Shown here one piece after another: positions 13,056-30,055 of a stretch of DNA of 64,000 nt. Source of the DNA: Eledone cirrhosa (Eukaryota); contig OZ024743.1 of assembly GCA_964016885.1 (NCBI GenBank), positions 66,836,001-66,900,000 on the forward strand. Direction: 5' to 3'. How positions within the stretch are numbered: position 1 is the stretch's first letter; each line of letters starts with the position of its first letter. The notes beneath the pieces are model-generated. The model saw only the letters and a list, made by a program, of their open reading frames with translations. It was not told the origin of the DNA and searched no databases. Made by a program: the position numbers and the translations under genes.

Positions 13056-14084
13056 AGTGCGTGTGTGTGTCAGAGAGAGTGGGGGAGAGAGAGAGACAGA
13101 GGGAGAAAGAGGGAGAGAGGAGAGAAAGATGTAGAGAATGAGAGAGAGTGGGAGAGAGGGGAGAAAGAGGGAGAGAATGTGAGAGAGAGTGGGTGAGAGG
13201 AGAGAAAGAGGAAAATAATGGTAGAGAGTGGGAGAGAAGGGAGAAAGAGCGAGAGAATGAGAGAGAGTGGGAGAGAGGGAAGAAAGAAGGCGAGAATGAG
13301 AGAGAGTGGAGGGGAGAAAGAGAAAGAGAACGAGAGAGAGAGAGAGGGAGAGAAAGATAGAGAGAGAAAGATAGAAAGAAAGAAAGATAGAGATAGAGAG
13401 AATAGTAGCGAAAGAGGGGGAGAGAACTCCACTTAGGGTACACGGGTCTGTGGAATACTCAGTCAATTTTACGTAAATTTCATGAGTCGACTTTTCCGAT
13501 CGAAACTGGAACACACACAGAGAGACGCCATTTTATAATCACACTTCCTTTAGTTAATATTCCATTACACGCATGCGCGCAGAACCTTTATCTTCATTGG
13601 TTTTGTTGCTGCTTAGCCTCGGATTTGATGTAATCGAAAAGGCCTGGATGGAATTTAAGGGATCTTAGAGGTACAGACGCTCATCTTTCACGTCATCTTT
13701 CGTAACAATGTTTGGAGCTCTCAAACTGGTTAGTTTATCTACTAGAAACAACAGCTACGTTTCCCCACCAACCACACCATCACCAACACTACAAGCACCA
13801 GTACCAACAGTATCATCACCACCAACAGCAACACCTCTACCACCAGAACCATCACCACTACCACCATAAACACAACGACGAACACCACCACCACCACCAC
13901 TAGTCTAGTGTATTGATATATACAATATAAGGAAACAAAACTAAACCAACAAACGGAAGAGTCACTGATGGAAAGCACTTATTATAGGTTTCATGAATCC
14001 TATCTAACCAGAGGCAAACCAAAGGCAACAACAACAACAACGACCACTCTCAGAATAATAGCAACCATAACAAAAGCAACAATG

Positions 14085-14262
14085 TGATTGTTTCTACTTT
14101 TGGCACAAGGCCAGCAATTACCCTAGTGTATTACTGGTACTTTATTTTATCGACCCCGTCAGGTTGAAAGGTAAAGTTAACTTGGTGGAATTTGAACTCA
14201 GACCGTAAATGGCCGTAACTCTATGCTGCAAAGCATGCCGTCCGACCCTCTACCGATACTGC
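14085..14262 (-). mobile_element. SINE family 1
   Basis: Reverse complement of the consensus. Confidence 0.85.
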
Positions 14263-14307
14263 CGACGACGACGATCACAACAGCTGCAACAAGAACCACA
14301 GCCACCA

Positions 14308-14358
<51 letters not shown>

Positions 14359-14882
14359 ATACCACAACCAATGCGCCACCGCTGCTGCCACCCACCACCA
14401 CCACCACCACCACCACTAGCACCAGCACGACCAACTCCAGCACCAGCACCACCACCACCAAAACTACTACTACTACTGTTGTTGTTGCTGTTGCTGTTGT
14501 CGTTGGATGTTGTTTGTTGCTGGTGCTGTTGTTGTTACAGTTGTTGCTCTTGTTGCTGTTGTTGTTCTTGTTGTTGCAGTAAATGTTGTTGTTGTTGTTA
14601 GATGTTGATGCTGCTGTTGTTGTTATCATGGTTGTTGCATGTTGTTTCTTTTGATGTTGTTGTTGCTGTTGTTTATTTTGTTGTTGAGACTGATGCTGCT
14701 GCTACTGCTGCTGCTGTTGATGCTGCTGCTGTCAAATTTGATAGATTGAATCAATCCTAAGAGGCACCTTTGGGACATTTTCAGAAATGTCAAACGGAAT
14801 TAGGTTTATTATCAAACACACACACAAATACGCATTTACAAATAGTGAGAATCACACACACACAAATACACACATACACACG

Positions 14883-14950
<68 letters not shown>

Positions 14951-15087
14951 CATACACACAAACATATATAATACACATACAAATAGCCATATACGTGTAT
15001 CTAACGCACAGATCAAACATGTACACAAGCGCTCCTACTGCCACAAGACACATACGTACACTGATATTTCCCTATGGCTATTTTTAG

Positions 15088-15175
<88 letters not shown>

Positions 15176-15176
15176 G

Positions 15177-15219
<43 letters not shown>

Positions 15220-15263
15220 TGTGTGTGTATAAGTGTGTGTATGTACATATGTTTGTGCGCATG

Positions 15264-15305
<42 letters not shown>

Positions 15306-16181
15306 GAAGACGCTTGTCTTATTGGTTAAGCTCATGATCGTAATGTCATTAGTTCAATTTCATGTTGATCCAGCCTTTTTACCTGGCAAACATGAGTTGA
15401 GCTCAAAAGACCAGCAGCCTTATCAGATACTGTGTCATGCTGAATCTTTGAGAATTACATTAAGGAGCCACTAGTCTATGGAATACTAAGCCATTCGAAT
15501 ACGAATTTCACAAGTGGACAATTTCTGAAATGCGTGATTTTATGGTAAGGGTGTTGAACTTACGATCATAATGTCGTGGTTTCAATTCATGGACAGGATT
15601 GTGTGTTGTGTTCTTGAGCAAAACACTTCATCTCCCGTTGCTGTAGTATAATTAGCTGAAATGAATACTAGCAATAGCTGGTTGTTTCACCCTGCGATGG
15701 AATATCGTCCTGTTCAGGCAGGAGTCTGGTACTCTCAGTCGCTTAACACCACGGAAACCAGGATAATCACCTGCCTGATGAGCCTCCGTGTCCTTGGCAT
15801 ACTTTTTGAAACTTGCTGAAGATCAGTTATTTTTGCGACCCTTCCATGCAGTCTATAGTAACTGCACGAAATGAATCGGAAGAAGAACCAGGTTTTATTT
15901 TCAGGATAAAAGAGGAATGTCATTTGTAACTGATTTGTAAAATTGAGTCAATAATATATGACGCCTAAGTTATCCTTGTTAAAACTAACCAATCAGGACC
16001 AATACTGCCTTTGATGAACGAGTATACAACTGAAGCAGACGTCTCCTCTACACAAAGTCGAGAATTCTGAGAAAGTTCAAGCAATACACCAACGTTTGTA
16101 AAGGTGTGCTCTCTGAACCAGTTAAAATTTCAGAATTCTATAGTGTTTGTTATAAGTATATACCTAAACTCCCAAAACGTG

Positions 16182-16272
<91 letters not shown>

Positions 16273-16358
16273 GCAACATCATCAGTGGTACTATTATGTT
16301 TCCTCCTGTTGTATTGTATGTCTACACCATTTTTATTTTTATTTATATATATATACAA

Positions 16359-18720
<2,362 letters not shown>

Positions 18721-18737
18721 AATAAAACTCACTTCCT

Positions 18738-18776
<39 letters not shown>

Positions 18777-18801
18777 TATATATATATATACACACACACA
18801 C

Positions 18802-18878
<77 letters not shown>

Positions 18879-18955
18879 TAGATATATTGTATATATATAT
18901 ATATATAAAAAAAAAATGGTGTAGACATACAATAAAACAGGAGGAAATATAATAG

Positions 18956-18999
18956 TACCACTGATGATGTTGCAGATGTGCAACGAAAGATCTTTGATA
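18956..18999 (+). ncRNA. Compact hammerhead ribozyme motif (family G)
   Basis: tacca CTGATGA t gttgca gatg tgcaac GAAA gatc TT tgata; perfect 6-bp stem II, palindromic AAAGATCTTT helix III. Confidence 0.65.
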
Positions 19000-19614
19000 G
19001 ACTATATATATATATATTTATATCTGTATTTTTAACCGTTGGTCAATCAATGATAAACATTGATTGCCAAATAAATTAACTATGGAGATATGAAAGATGC
19101 AGAAGCGAAAACCATCCAAACAGTGAGTGTGTTCTGTTATTATCTCTGACAATATTACAACAATATGACCCTCACCAAGTATAACAATATATATAAATAA
19201 TGGAACATCGGTTCACGAGCTTAATGCGTTCCTGAAGGACATTCGTACGAAATGTTCATAAACGGAAACTATCTTCCCCATAAGTTGTGTTTGTGTCACC
19301 CATGCATGCCTCTCTCTCCTCTCCACGCCATTGATGTCTAAGGGAAAGGCAACTCTTTTCTACAGCTGAGTGAACTGGAATAAAATGTTTTGTTCAAGAT
19401 CCGGGCCGAGATTCGAATTCACAACCTTACGATTGTGAGCCCAAAGCTCTAGCCATTAATATACGTGCCTTTGTTCATATATATATGTGTGTCATTGAAA
19501 CAATTCTAGTCCTGTAGAAGGCATTTCTATGTTAAACATGATATATATATATATATATTGATACATATATTTATACATATTTATATATATATATATATCA
19601 AAAACGTTGCAAAA

Positions 19615-19687
<73 letters not shown>

Positions 19688-19913
19688 GAAGAGAGAAAGG
19701 AGAAATATATAGAGGGAGTTGTTTTTTGAGATCAACTGGTACAATATGATGGAAGAGGAAGAAAGAACGAGAAATAAAGCAAAGATGATTTCCCCTGTGT
19801 ATTACTCTCTAACATAAGAGATTAGAAAGAGTAGCCAGAATTGACACTATACATTGTGATGGTGTACATTAGAAATGTACATACATAAATACAATCACAC
19901 ACACATTTATATA

Positions 19914-19945
<32 letters not shown>

Positions 19946-19950
<5 letters not shown>

Positions 19951-20026
19951 GGTGTCCAAAAAAATGTACGCACACATCAACAGCATTCTTATCAAAGTGT
20001 GTTACATTTTGGGGGACACCGTGTGT
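19946..20026. mobile_element. Tiny Tc1/mariner-like MITE; similar element at 25256-25360
   Basis: Imperfect TIRs gggtgtcc..aaaatgta / tacatttt..ggacacc, flanked by TA. Confidence 0.5.
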
Positions 20027-20040
20027 GTATATATATATAT

Positions 20041-20475
20041 ATAATCTGAGTTTTTTGAATATTAATAATAACATTCGATTAGTTTGCAATTAAGCAAACA
20101 AGCCTCAATTTTATAGCCATGTCAGTAGAATGAAAACTTCATTCTTGCATTTTCTTTTATATATATATATAAAAGAAAATTTCGCTCTACATGGCTGAAT
20201 ACAATAAATGTAATCTGAGTTTTTCCAATATTAATAATAACATTCGATTCGTTTGCAATTAAACAAACAAGCCTCAATTTTATAGCCAATTTTATGAGCT
20301 GTACTGATGAAGGGTGATACCAGAAACATTAGTGTCCACAGTTCTGTTCGCATGCCAACACAAGAGCAAGAATTAAGTGTTCATTCTACTGACATGGCTA
20401 TAAAATTGAGGCTTGTTTGCTTAATTGCAAACGAATCGAATGTTATTATTAATATTCGAAAAACTCAGATTATAT
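20041..20475. mobile_element. Direct plus inverted repeated pLTR-like element (family E) with a possible hammerhead core at 20304-20326; related copies at 26212-26315 and 35515-35690
   Basis: 20041-20140 and 20211-20288 are direct copies and 20370-20472 is their reverse complement. CTGATGA agggtgatacca GAAAC is present but stem I pairing is unconvincing. Confidence 0.55.
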
Positions 20476-20692
20476 TTATATATGTAAATACATAATCGGA
20501 GAAAGCTAAAATTCCAGCTCACTCAACAAACATTAGGAAATACCTGAGTATATTCCTAATTAAACGTTTGGGGTGCTAATTAATTGTATTGTGTGGAAAA
20601 TTGGCTGTATAATTCATATGAGATATATCAAATATATATATATATATATATATAATAAATAAATAAATATATATATATATACATATATATAT

Positions 20693-20778
<86 letters not shown>

Positions 20779-21315
20779 AGTGTAAGTTTCTACACAAAAC
20801 GAAGGTTATAGAGAAAATTGAGGTTGGTAATGGCACATGGAATATATAAGAGACAGAATACTTTTTTGTGAAAAAACATAATTTTATAAGGTAAGGAAAT
20901 AATAAAGGGTATAAAAAATGACCGGTTTCGATGGGTCTGCAAAAGCCATCTTTTCAAATGTTGATTAATATTAAGAAAATTAATAATAAGAAGAGTTAAA
21001 ATTTGAGATTTGAAAATTCAAGTATAAAATTCAGTGTGGGATTTCATAGTAGTTTTCATCTTGGTAGCGGCAAGTTGACTGCTGTGTGCCTTTCTGGAGG
21101 TGAATGAGGAGTTATTTGGGGGAGTAGGTTATTTTATAAAGGTCAGATTTAGCAATAGCCAAATGCTGGTCAGTGAGGGGGTGGAAGCAATCTACATACA
21201 TATATCTCCCTGTGGTCGGTAGGAGAGGGGAGAGTGATAGAAAGGGATTTAGTGCACTTACACCTATATATACACACATACCTTCATCCACACACACATA
21301 CATATACATATACAT

Positions 21316-21382
<67 letters not shown>

Positions 21383-21516
21383 TATACATATACACACATA
21401 CATACACACACACATACATATACATACACACATACACACATACACATATATACACATACACACACATATATATATACACACACACACATATATATACATA
21501 CACATACATCCAGATA

Positions 21517-21554
<38 letters not shown>

Positions 21555-21579
21555 CACATACGCATACATCCAGATACAC

Positions 21580-21610
<31 letters not shown>

Positions 21611-22248
21611 CAATACATACACATACATACATCCACATGCACACACATACACACACACACATACACATACATACACCCACACACATAGAGAAATGGCCTC
21701 CAAATATATATATATATATATACATACATACACATATATTTTTTCCATAATATAAGAAGTTAGGACAGTGAAATTAAAATACAAGTCATTCTGATCACAT
21801 TGAGTTCTTCATGTAGATTGGGCCCCGCAACCGACAGTGGTGAATTCTGTGTGCGCATATATATATAGATATATGTGTGTGCACGTGCAGGGTTTAACAT
21901 GGATGTGTTGGTCACACAAAGGCATGGTCTGTCAACGAATAAATCTGATTCTACAGAATTGGTCTCTGGTCTTTAATAGTAGTGATAATTATATACATGC
22001 ACACATACACACACATATATCTGTCACTCCGTGCGTATGTGTGTTTATATTTTATGACAATTCTATTGGGGTGATAACCCGTTTAGTTTTGGTTTAATAT
22101 ATACATATATATATATATATATATAATGCTAGATTTCCTCTCAGTACGTCCATGCTTTGCCGTTCACGTATATTACTAATACACATTCATCGGAGCATGC
22201 TGCAAGCTTCAAAGCTTCATTCCTTGTCAATCTACGCATCTCTCTCTC

Positions 22249-22330
<82 letters not shown>

Positions 22331-22333
<3 letters not shown>

Positions 22334-22509
22334 ATAATTATAAATTTGAAGACTAAAATCCAAAGAGGGCTCGATAAGGATAAATATATATCAGATATAT
22401 AAGAACCGTAGAACAAATATATATTAAAATAACAGATTAAAGTTTAAGCAAATAATCGCTGCTTTCACCCTTAACGGAGGCGATTCTTTGCTTAAACCTT
22501 AATCTGTTA

Positions 22510-22520
<11 letters not shown>
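22331..22520. mobile_element. Short fold-back pLTR-like element (family D); second copy at 35287-35461
   Basis: About 145 bp nearly identical to 35287-35431, terminal inverted duplication, (TA)n flanks. Confidence 0.65.
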
Positions 22521-22556
<36 letters not shown>

Positions 22557-22560
<4 letters not shown>

Positions 22561-23119
22561 CATTTCTGAATTTGTTTAGCAAGATTCTTTATCTGAAAAC
22601 GTGTGTTGAAACCGATATTGTTATACTTTGGGAGGGTCATGTTGCCAATAAGAAACACACGCACCAGTTGCTTTCACTTCAATTTATTATAATAAATTTA
22701 TAAATTTAGGAATTTATATATTTCTGGTTGGTTGGTTGGTTGGTTCCACAACCAGATGATTGTTTATATATTGTCAAAGTTCTTTCTCACACATTCTGTG
22801 AGCTCTTCAGTAACTGGGGATTCTTTTCTTTGTTTTTGTGCCTCTCCTTCGTTCTGTCCTACGCCAAAAACAAGATGGCGTAGGACAGAACAAAGGAGAG
22901 GCACAAAAACAAAGAAAAGAATCCCCAGTTACTGAAGAGGTCACAGAATGTGTGACGAAAGAACTTTGACAATATATAAACAATCATCTGGTTGTAGAAC
23001 CAACCAACCAACCAACCAGAAATTTATAAATTCCTAAATTTATAAATTTATTATAATAAATTGAAGTGAAACAACTGGTGCGTGTGTTTCTTATTGGCAA
23101 CATGACCCTCCCAAAGTAT

Positions 23120-23126
<7 letters not shown>
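22557..23126. mobile_element. Fold-back PLE pLTR element (family C), about 250-bp arms with 9-nt loop
   Basis: 22615-22866 is the near reverse complement of 22876-23126. Same sequence as the pLTR of the GIY-YIG element at 46637-47665. Confidence 0.85.
22928..22970 (+). ncRNA. Hammerhead ribozyme motif (family C); mutated antisense partner at 22773-22814 (-)
   Basis: gtta CTGAAGA g gtcaca gaatg tgtgac GAAA gaac TT tgac. Confidence 0.65.
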
Positions 23127-23167
<41 letters not shown>

Positions 23168-23339
23168 AAGTATGACCCCGACGGCAGAGCTCAAGCCTTT
23201 TCGACGGCTATTTCTGGACTCTTTTTCCTATTTCCCACTCTCCTACCCTAAGTATTTAGTACTCTGGTGCGTTATGGTCCATCTGGTTCCTTACCACAAT
23301 TCCTTTGTTATATGAGCTTACGCCTTATTTGACAAAATA

Positions 23340-23770
23340 GAATTAGACTGTTAGAGGTAAATATTCTGAGCAAGATAGGGGTTCCAGACTGGTGATGCAA
23401 ATTCTAAGTGTGTCAACACCATAGCTATATACAGCTTTAAATAGATAGCTGGGAAACGGCTGACAAATGTCTTGCTGAGTGATGCCAAGGCACCCTCGGC
23501 CTTCTTGACAATTTTAGAGATGTGCTTTGTCCAACGTAAATCGCTGCTGACAGCAATGCCTGGTCACATTCACAAGAATACTTCTTGATAATAATGTTGT
23601 GGAGGGAGTATGTGAACGCCGGGTTTTTTCCTCCAAAAATGCATGGGTGGTACACTTGTCCAAGTCTGATTGCAGGAAAGATCTATGGTGTTCAAAATCA
23701 GTCCTTTTTATCTCAAGGTACAGCTTGATGTCATCTGCACATTTCAGCACTGTGGCATTCTTTAAGTTTA
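23340..23770 (-). pseudogene. Degraded CR1-like RT fragment
   Basis: VLKCADDIKLY...LQSDLD motif. Confidence 0.55.
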
Positions 23771-24359
23771 CTCTATGTCATTAATATATGCATACATACA
23801 TGTACATGTGTGTGCGCGTGTTTGTGTATGCGACTGTGTGTGTGTGTCTATATATATGTGTGTATATATGTATATGTTTGACACATTTATATATATGAAA
23901 TTAATTAAGCAGCTATGTTTTGTATCACTCATTAAACTCTGAAAATCAGTGGAATTATATGATGTCACTACACAACTGAAAATAGCAACCAAAAAAGCTA
24001 TTGTCACTCCACCTGCTAGAAAAAGTAGTAAAAGCTCCCCCTAAATCATTAATAAGTAACTGAAAGGAACTGGACTTTTATGTGATCATGACACATGCAA
24101 CAAACACATTTTGTATGGATGGTCAGCCAAGGAAAGCGTAGTGTCCCAGCATGGCCCCAATCTATCAGTTGGAACACGTAATAGAATTGAGTAGTAGAGT
24201 AATTCTAATAACTGCAACCCAATGTCTCTCAAATTAGTAATCTCCCCCGACAAGTAAACATCACACTATACATATTTGAATTATGCGCGTCCTAACACAA
24301 GTAACTCTAGTAGTAGTCTCTCAATAATATGTTATAGTGTACTTCCTACTGAAATTGAC

Positions 24360-24434
24360 GACGAGGGTCGGCTGAAAGTTTGGTCATTCCATGAGAGTAT
24401 CTTGGTCAGCCTATGATCGTTTCAGCCGACCCTG
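24360..24434. mobile_element. Mariner-type TIR mini-element; related degenerate element at 25560-25738
   Basis: agggtcggctgaaa ... tttcagccgaccct. Confidence 0.55.
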
Positions 24435-24444
24435 ACACACACAC

Positions 24445-25064
<620 letters not shown>

Positions 25065-25355
25065 GTAAAGAAGCGAGGCTGTGTGGTTACTAAAAACGAA
25101 GTGTTAGAAGGTAATCGGGACCTAAACAAGAGAAGAAAAGTTTCCCTTCGTCAGCTGTTTATTACGGATCTTAAATGTTTCGGCACTTAAAACAGAACAT
25201 CGATCCGTAGCGCGCCCACGCGCTTTTATCCATCAAAAGGCCATATATATATATATACAATGTGTCCTCAAAAAATGTATACACACTTTGATTACCTGTA
25301 CAGGCATTATTTATTTGACTGTACATCATTTGTGAATACATTTTGGGGCGAAACC

Positions 25356-25413
<58 letters not shown>

Positions 25414-26040
25414 GTATAATATAACATTAAATCAAATTCTTTAGAACTACAATTGAAGTCATTCTTTTCCTTTTTTTCAAATATACCTAACTGTACCAAG
25501 GATCTCACACGTTTTCCAATATACATATATATATATATATATATGTGTGTGTGTATGTATACGTAGGATGACTATAAAGAGTGATGCTAGAGCTGTGAAA
25601 TCTGCATGTATTAATTTCAACTCTTCTTATTAATAACTGCATTGTTTTTATCCAGGGACTATGTAGAAAAATTAACCTCATTTGGTTATTCCATGAGAAT
25701 ATCTTTGTCAGGCTATGAACTTTTCAACCGACTCTCATATAAGACTAGGCAATTAATATAAAATATATTTGAGAAAATGAGATCAGTAAACAATACAAAT
25801 TACACACTGATTCTCAAGTCATCTGATTTATCTGCTCTTCTAGCTATAGACTGATAATATTCTCAAAAGACGAAATTGTTTTTTTTTCGCAGAAGCTCAT
25901 TGTCGTAGTAGTTAACGCACTTGCCCGGCATCCCTGAAATGCGAGATTTAATTCCTCGTAGGATTAATTTATTCTAAATTAAAATTTAGTTTTTCGCTCT
26001 AACCTAGCGGATACATAAATGATTCGGGAGTTTTATATCA

Positions 26041-26212
26041 AATAATAATTGTTTCTACTTTTGGCACAAGGCCAGCAATTAAACCTGTGCATTACTGGTA
26101 CTTTATTTTATCGACCCCGTAAGGATGAAAGGCAAAGTTCACTTCGGCAGGATTTGAACTCAGAACGTAAAGGGCTATAACTCTATGCTGTAAAGCATGG
26201 TGTCTGATGCTA
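26041..26212 (-). mobile_element. SINE family 1
   Basis: Reverse complement of the consensus. Confidence 0.85.
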
Positions 26213-26746
26213 TAATATTCGATTTGTTTGCAAGCAAACAGACTCATTACGCTAGGGTAATCTAAAACACATAGCATAATGATGCTGTTTGCTTGCAAAC
26301 GAATCGAATATTATTATTATTCGATATATAAGCCCCGAATGCATTTATTTATTCTATTTTCTCAATTCTTATTTTTACTGATCGACTATTACTACCCAAG
26401 ATCACATCTCCGATACTATGGGCATGTGGTTAGAATGTCTCAGGAAATAATTGCTGAACAGATTTAACGGGCAACACCAACCGGTAGGAGACCCAAAGTA
26501 GACCCAAAGCAAGATGGTTGGATAACATCCATGAGCTTGACTGGTCTCACTTGGGGATCCAGCCGGATGAGTTGGGGATGGTTTGCTTCCGAGAATGCCT
26601 GCTGGAAGGAGTGTTTCAGGACTCTTGCCCTACGACCCTTTCAGGAATAAGTGGGTGAAGAAGAAAACTATTACTATAGTCATTTTCGTTGGGACGCACA
26701 CATTTCAAATACATACATACATGCTCACATGCACTTGATCCCACAT

Positions 26747-26862
<116 letters not shown>

Positions 26863-26969
26863 TCACATACACATGGCGATATGAACAGACCTGCTTTTTC
26901 TCAAAGAATTTATTCTTTTGGTTTTGCTTATGCTCATTCTCCTCTATCTTTCTATTTCTTTAATTTCTC

Positions 26970-27085
26970 CTATTTTCCGATGAAGGACTAACAGCCGAAA
27001 CGTTAAGAATCTTTTCCTACTATATCAAGCGCAACATTAATATGTTACTTTATTGTACTCTATCCTTTGCGTTGTTATTTCTGTT
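26970..27085 (+). mobile_element. Diverged family B pLTR fragment with mutated hammerhead core (CCGATGA agg...cc GAAACGTTA)
   Basis: Aligns by eye with 53645-53770. Confidence 0.55.
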
Positions 27086-27091
27086 TACTTT

Positions 27092-27248
<157 letters not shown>

Positions 27249-27795
27249 GTGGGTTGTTCATTATTTGCAAGGGAAACGGTCCTTGCTGGAAAGTTCTACA
27301 CATTTGCACATTTCTTCATCAAATAATTTCGAAACGACATATTAAATTTTCTGTATCGATTCTTAATAATTTAATTAATTTCTTCATTATTTCTTCTTTC
27401 ACTTTCACATATCAATATGGTTGAAAATAATTAAATTAATATAAAGTCGAAATATTAAAAATAAATGACATTCTCTAATTATCATATGAAGAAAAGTAAG
27501 AAATGAATAGTATTTCCGGTTTGATTTCTCTCCCTTGGAAATAGTCCAATCAATGAAAATAAAGGGACAGAAATGAGGTTCTTTATATTATGTGCCAGTC
27601 TCTGTAGGTGTCACCTGATGATCATGATGTTTGGGTTTCTGTGGTATGTAGAAAATCTCTCTATCATTGATTTGTAGCTTAGTACGCTCAACCTTATAAT
27701 TTTAAAACTTTGTGTTCTCTCGAAGATGCTAGTTTTAAATAGACGACCCCGTCATCATATTTTAAATGATCCCCCGTTTCTGCTACGAGGTATAT

Positions 27796-30055
27796 GAGTA
27801 CTGTTAGTCTCTCTCTCTCACATTTTGAAAACTGCTTGTCTCTCTCTCACACATTTCGAGCACTGTTTTGTTTCTCTCACTCTTTTTGAGCATTGTTTGT
27901 CTCTCTCTCACACATTTAAAGCACTGCTTGTCTCTCTCTCACACATTTTGAGTACTGTTTGTCTCTCTCTCACTATTTTTGAGCACTGTTTGTCTCTCTC
28001 TCACACATTTTGATTACTGTTTGTCTCTCTCTCACTATTTTTGAGCACTGTTTGTCTCTCTCTCACACATTTTGATTACTGTTTGTCTCTCTCTCACTAT
28101 TTTTGAGCACTGTTTGTCTCTCTCTCACACATTTTGATTACTGTTTGTCTCTCTCTCACTATTTTTCAGCACTGTTTGTCTCTCTCTCACACATTTTGAT
28201 TACTGTTTGTTTCTCTCTCACTATTTTTGAGCACTGATTGTCTCTCTCTCACACATTTTGATTACTGTTTGTCTCTCTCTTACTATTTTTGAGCACTGTT
28301 TGTCTCTCTCTCACACATTTTGAGCACTGTTTGTCTCTCTCTCACACATTTTGAGCACTGTTTGTCTCTCTCTCACACATTTTGATTACTGTTTGTCTCT
28401 CTCTCACTATTTTTGAGCACTGTTTGTCTCTCTCTCACACATTTTGATTACTGTTTGTCTCTCTCTCTCACTATTTTTGAGCACTGTTTGTCTCTCTCTC
28501 ACACATTTTGATTACTGTTTGTCTCTCTCTCACTATTTTTGAGCACTGTTTGTCTCTCTCTCACACATTTTGATTATTGTTTGTCTCTCTCTCACTATTT
28601 TTGAGCACTGTTTGTCTCTCTCTCACACATTTTGATTACTGTTTGTCTCTCTCTCACTATTTTTGAGCACTGTTTGTCTCTCTCTCACACATTTTGATTA
28701 CTGTTTGTCTCTCTCTCACTATTTTTGAGCACTGTTTGTCTCTCTCTCACACATTTTGATTACTGTTTGTCTCTCTCTCACTATTTTTGAGCACTGATTG
28801 TCTCTCTCTCACACATTTTGATTACTGTTTGTCTCTCTCTTACTATTTTTGAGCACTGTTTGTCTCTCTCTCACACATTTTGATTACTGTTTGTCTCTCT
28901 CTTACTATTTTTGAGCACTGTTTGTCTCTCTCTCACACATTTTGAGCACTGTTTGTCTCTCTCTCACACATTTTGAGCACTGTTTGTCTCTCTCTCACAC
29001 ATTTTGATTACTGTTTGTCTCTCTCTCACTATTTTTGAGCACTGTTTGTCTCTCTCTCACACATTTTGATTACTGTTTGTCTCTCTCTCACTATTTTGAG
29101 CACTGCTTGTCTCTCTCTCACACATTTTGATTACTGTTTGTCTCTCTCTCACTATTTTTGAGCACTGTTTGTCTCTCTCTCACACATTTTGATTACTGTT
29201 TGTCTCTCTCTCACTATTTTTGAGCACTGATTGTCTCTCTCTCACACATTTTGATTACTGTTTGTCTCTCTCTCACTATTTTTGAGCACTGATTGTCTCT
29301 CTCTCACACATTTTGATTACTGTTTGTCTCTCTCTTACTATTTTTGAGCACTGTTTGTCTCTCTCTCACACATTTTGAGCACTGTTTGTCTCTCTCTCAC
29401 ACAATTTGAGCACTGTTTGTCTCTCTCTCACACATTTTGAGCACTGTTTGTCTCTCTCTCACACATTTTGATTACTGTTTGTCTCTCTCTCTCTCTCTCA
29501 CATTTTGAGCACTGTTTGTCTCTCTCTCACTATTTTTGAGCACTGTTTGTCTCTCTCTCTCACATTTTGATAACTGCTTGTCTCTCTCTCACACATTTTG
29601 AGCACTGTTTGTCTCTCTCTCACTATTTTTGAGCACTGTTTGTCTCTCTCTCTCTCTCACACATTTTGAGCACTGTTTGTCTCTCTCTCACACATTTTGA
29701 GCACAGTCTGTCTATCTCTCTCTCACACATTTTGAGCACTGTTTGTCTCTCTCTCACTATTTTTGAGCACTGTTTGTCTCTCTCTCTCACATTTTGATAA
29801 CTGCTTGTCTCTCTCTCACACATTTTGAGCACTGTTTGTCTCTCTCTCACTATTTTTGAGCACTGTTTGTCTCTCTCTCTCTCTCACACATTTTGAGCAC
29901 TGTTTGTCTCTCTCTCACACATTTTGAGCACAGTCTGTCTATCTCTCTCTCACACATTTTGAGCACTGTTTGTCTCTCTCTCACACATTTTGAGCACAGT
30001 CTGTCTCTCTCTCACACATTTTGAGCAGTGTTTGTCTCTCTCTCTCACATTTTGA
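27796..30055. repeat. 31-bp minisatellite with 62-bp dimeric higher-order structure
   Basis: Alternating gagcactgtttgtctctctctcacacatttt and gattactgtttgtctctctctcactattttt. Confidence 0.95.

Noticed and set aside
14198-14629. Mucin-like Thr-rich ORFs
   Set aside because: They start inside a SINE and consist of trinucleotide repeats.
25130-25200. CTGACGA AGG GAAAC on the minus strand
   Set aside because: There is no stem II between the core segments.
27796-30055. CRISPR-like regular array
   Set aside because: There are no unique spacers and no cas genes; it is a eukaryotic minisatellite.
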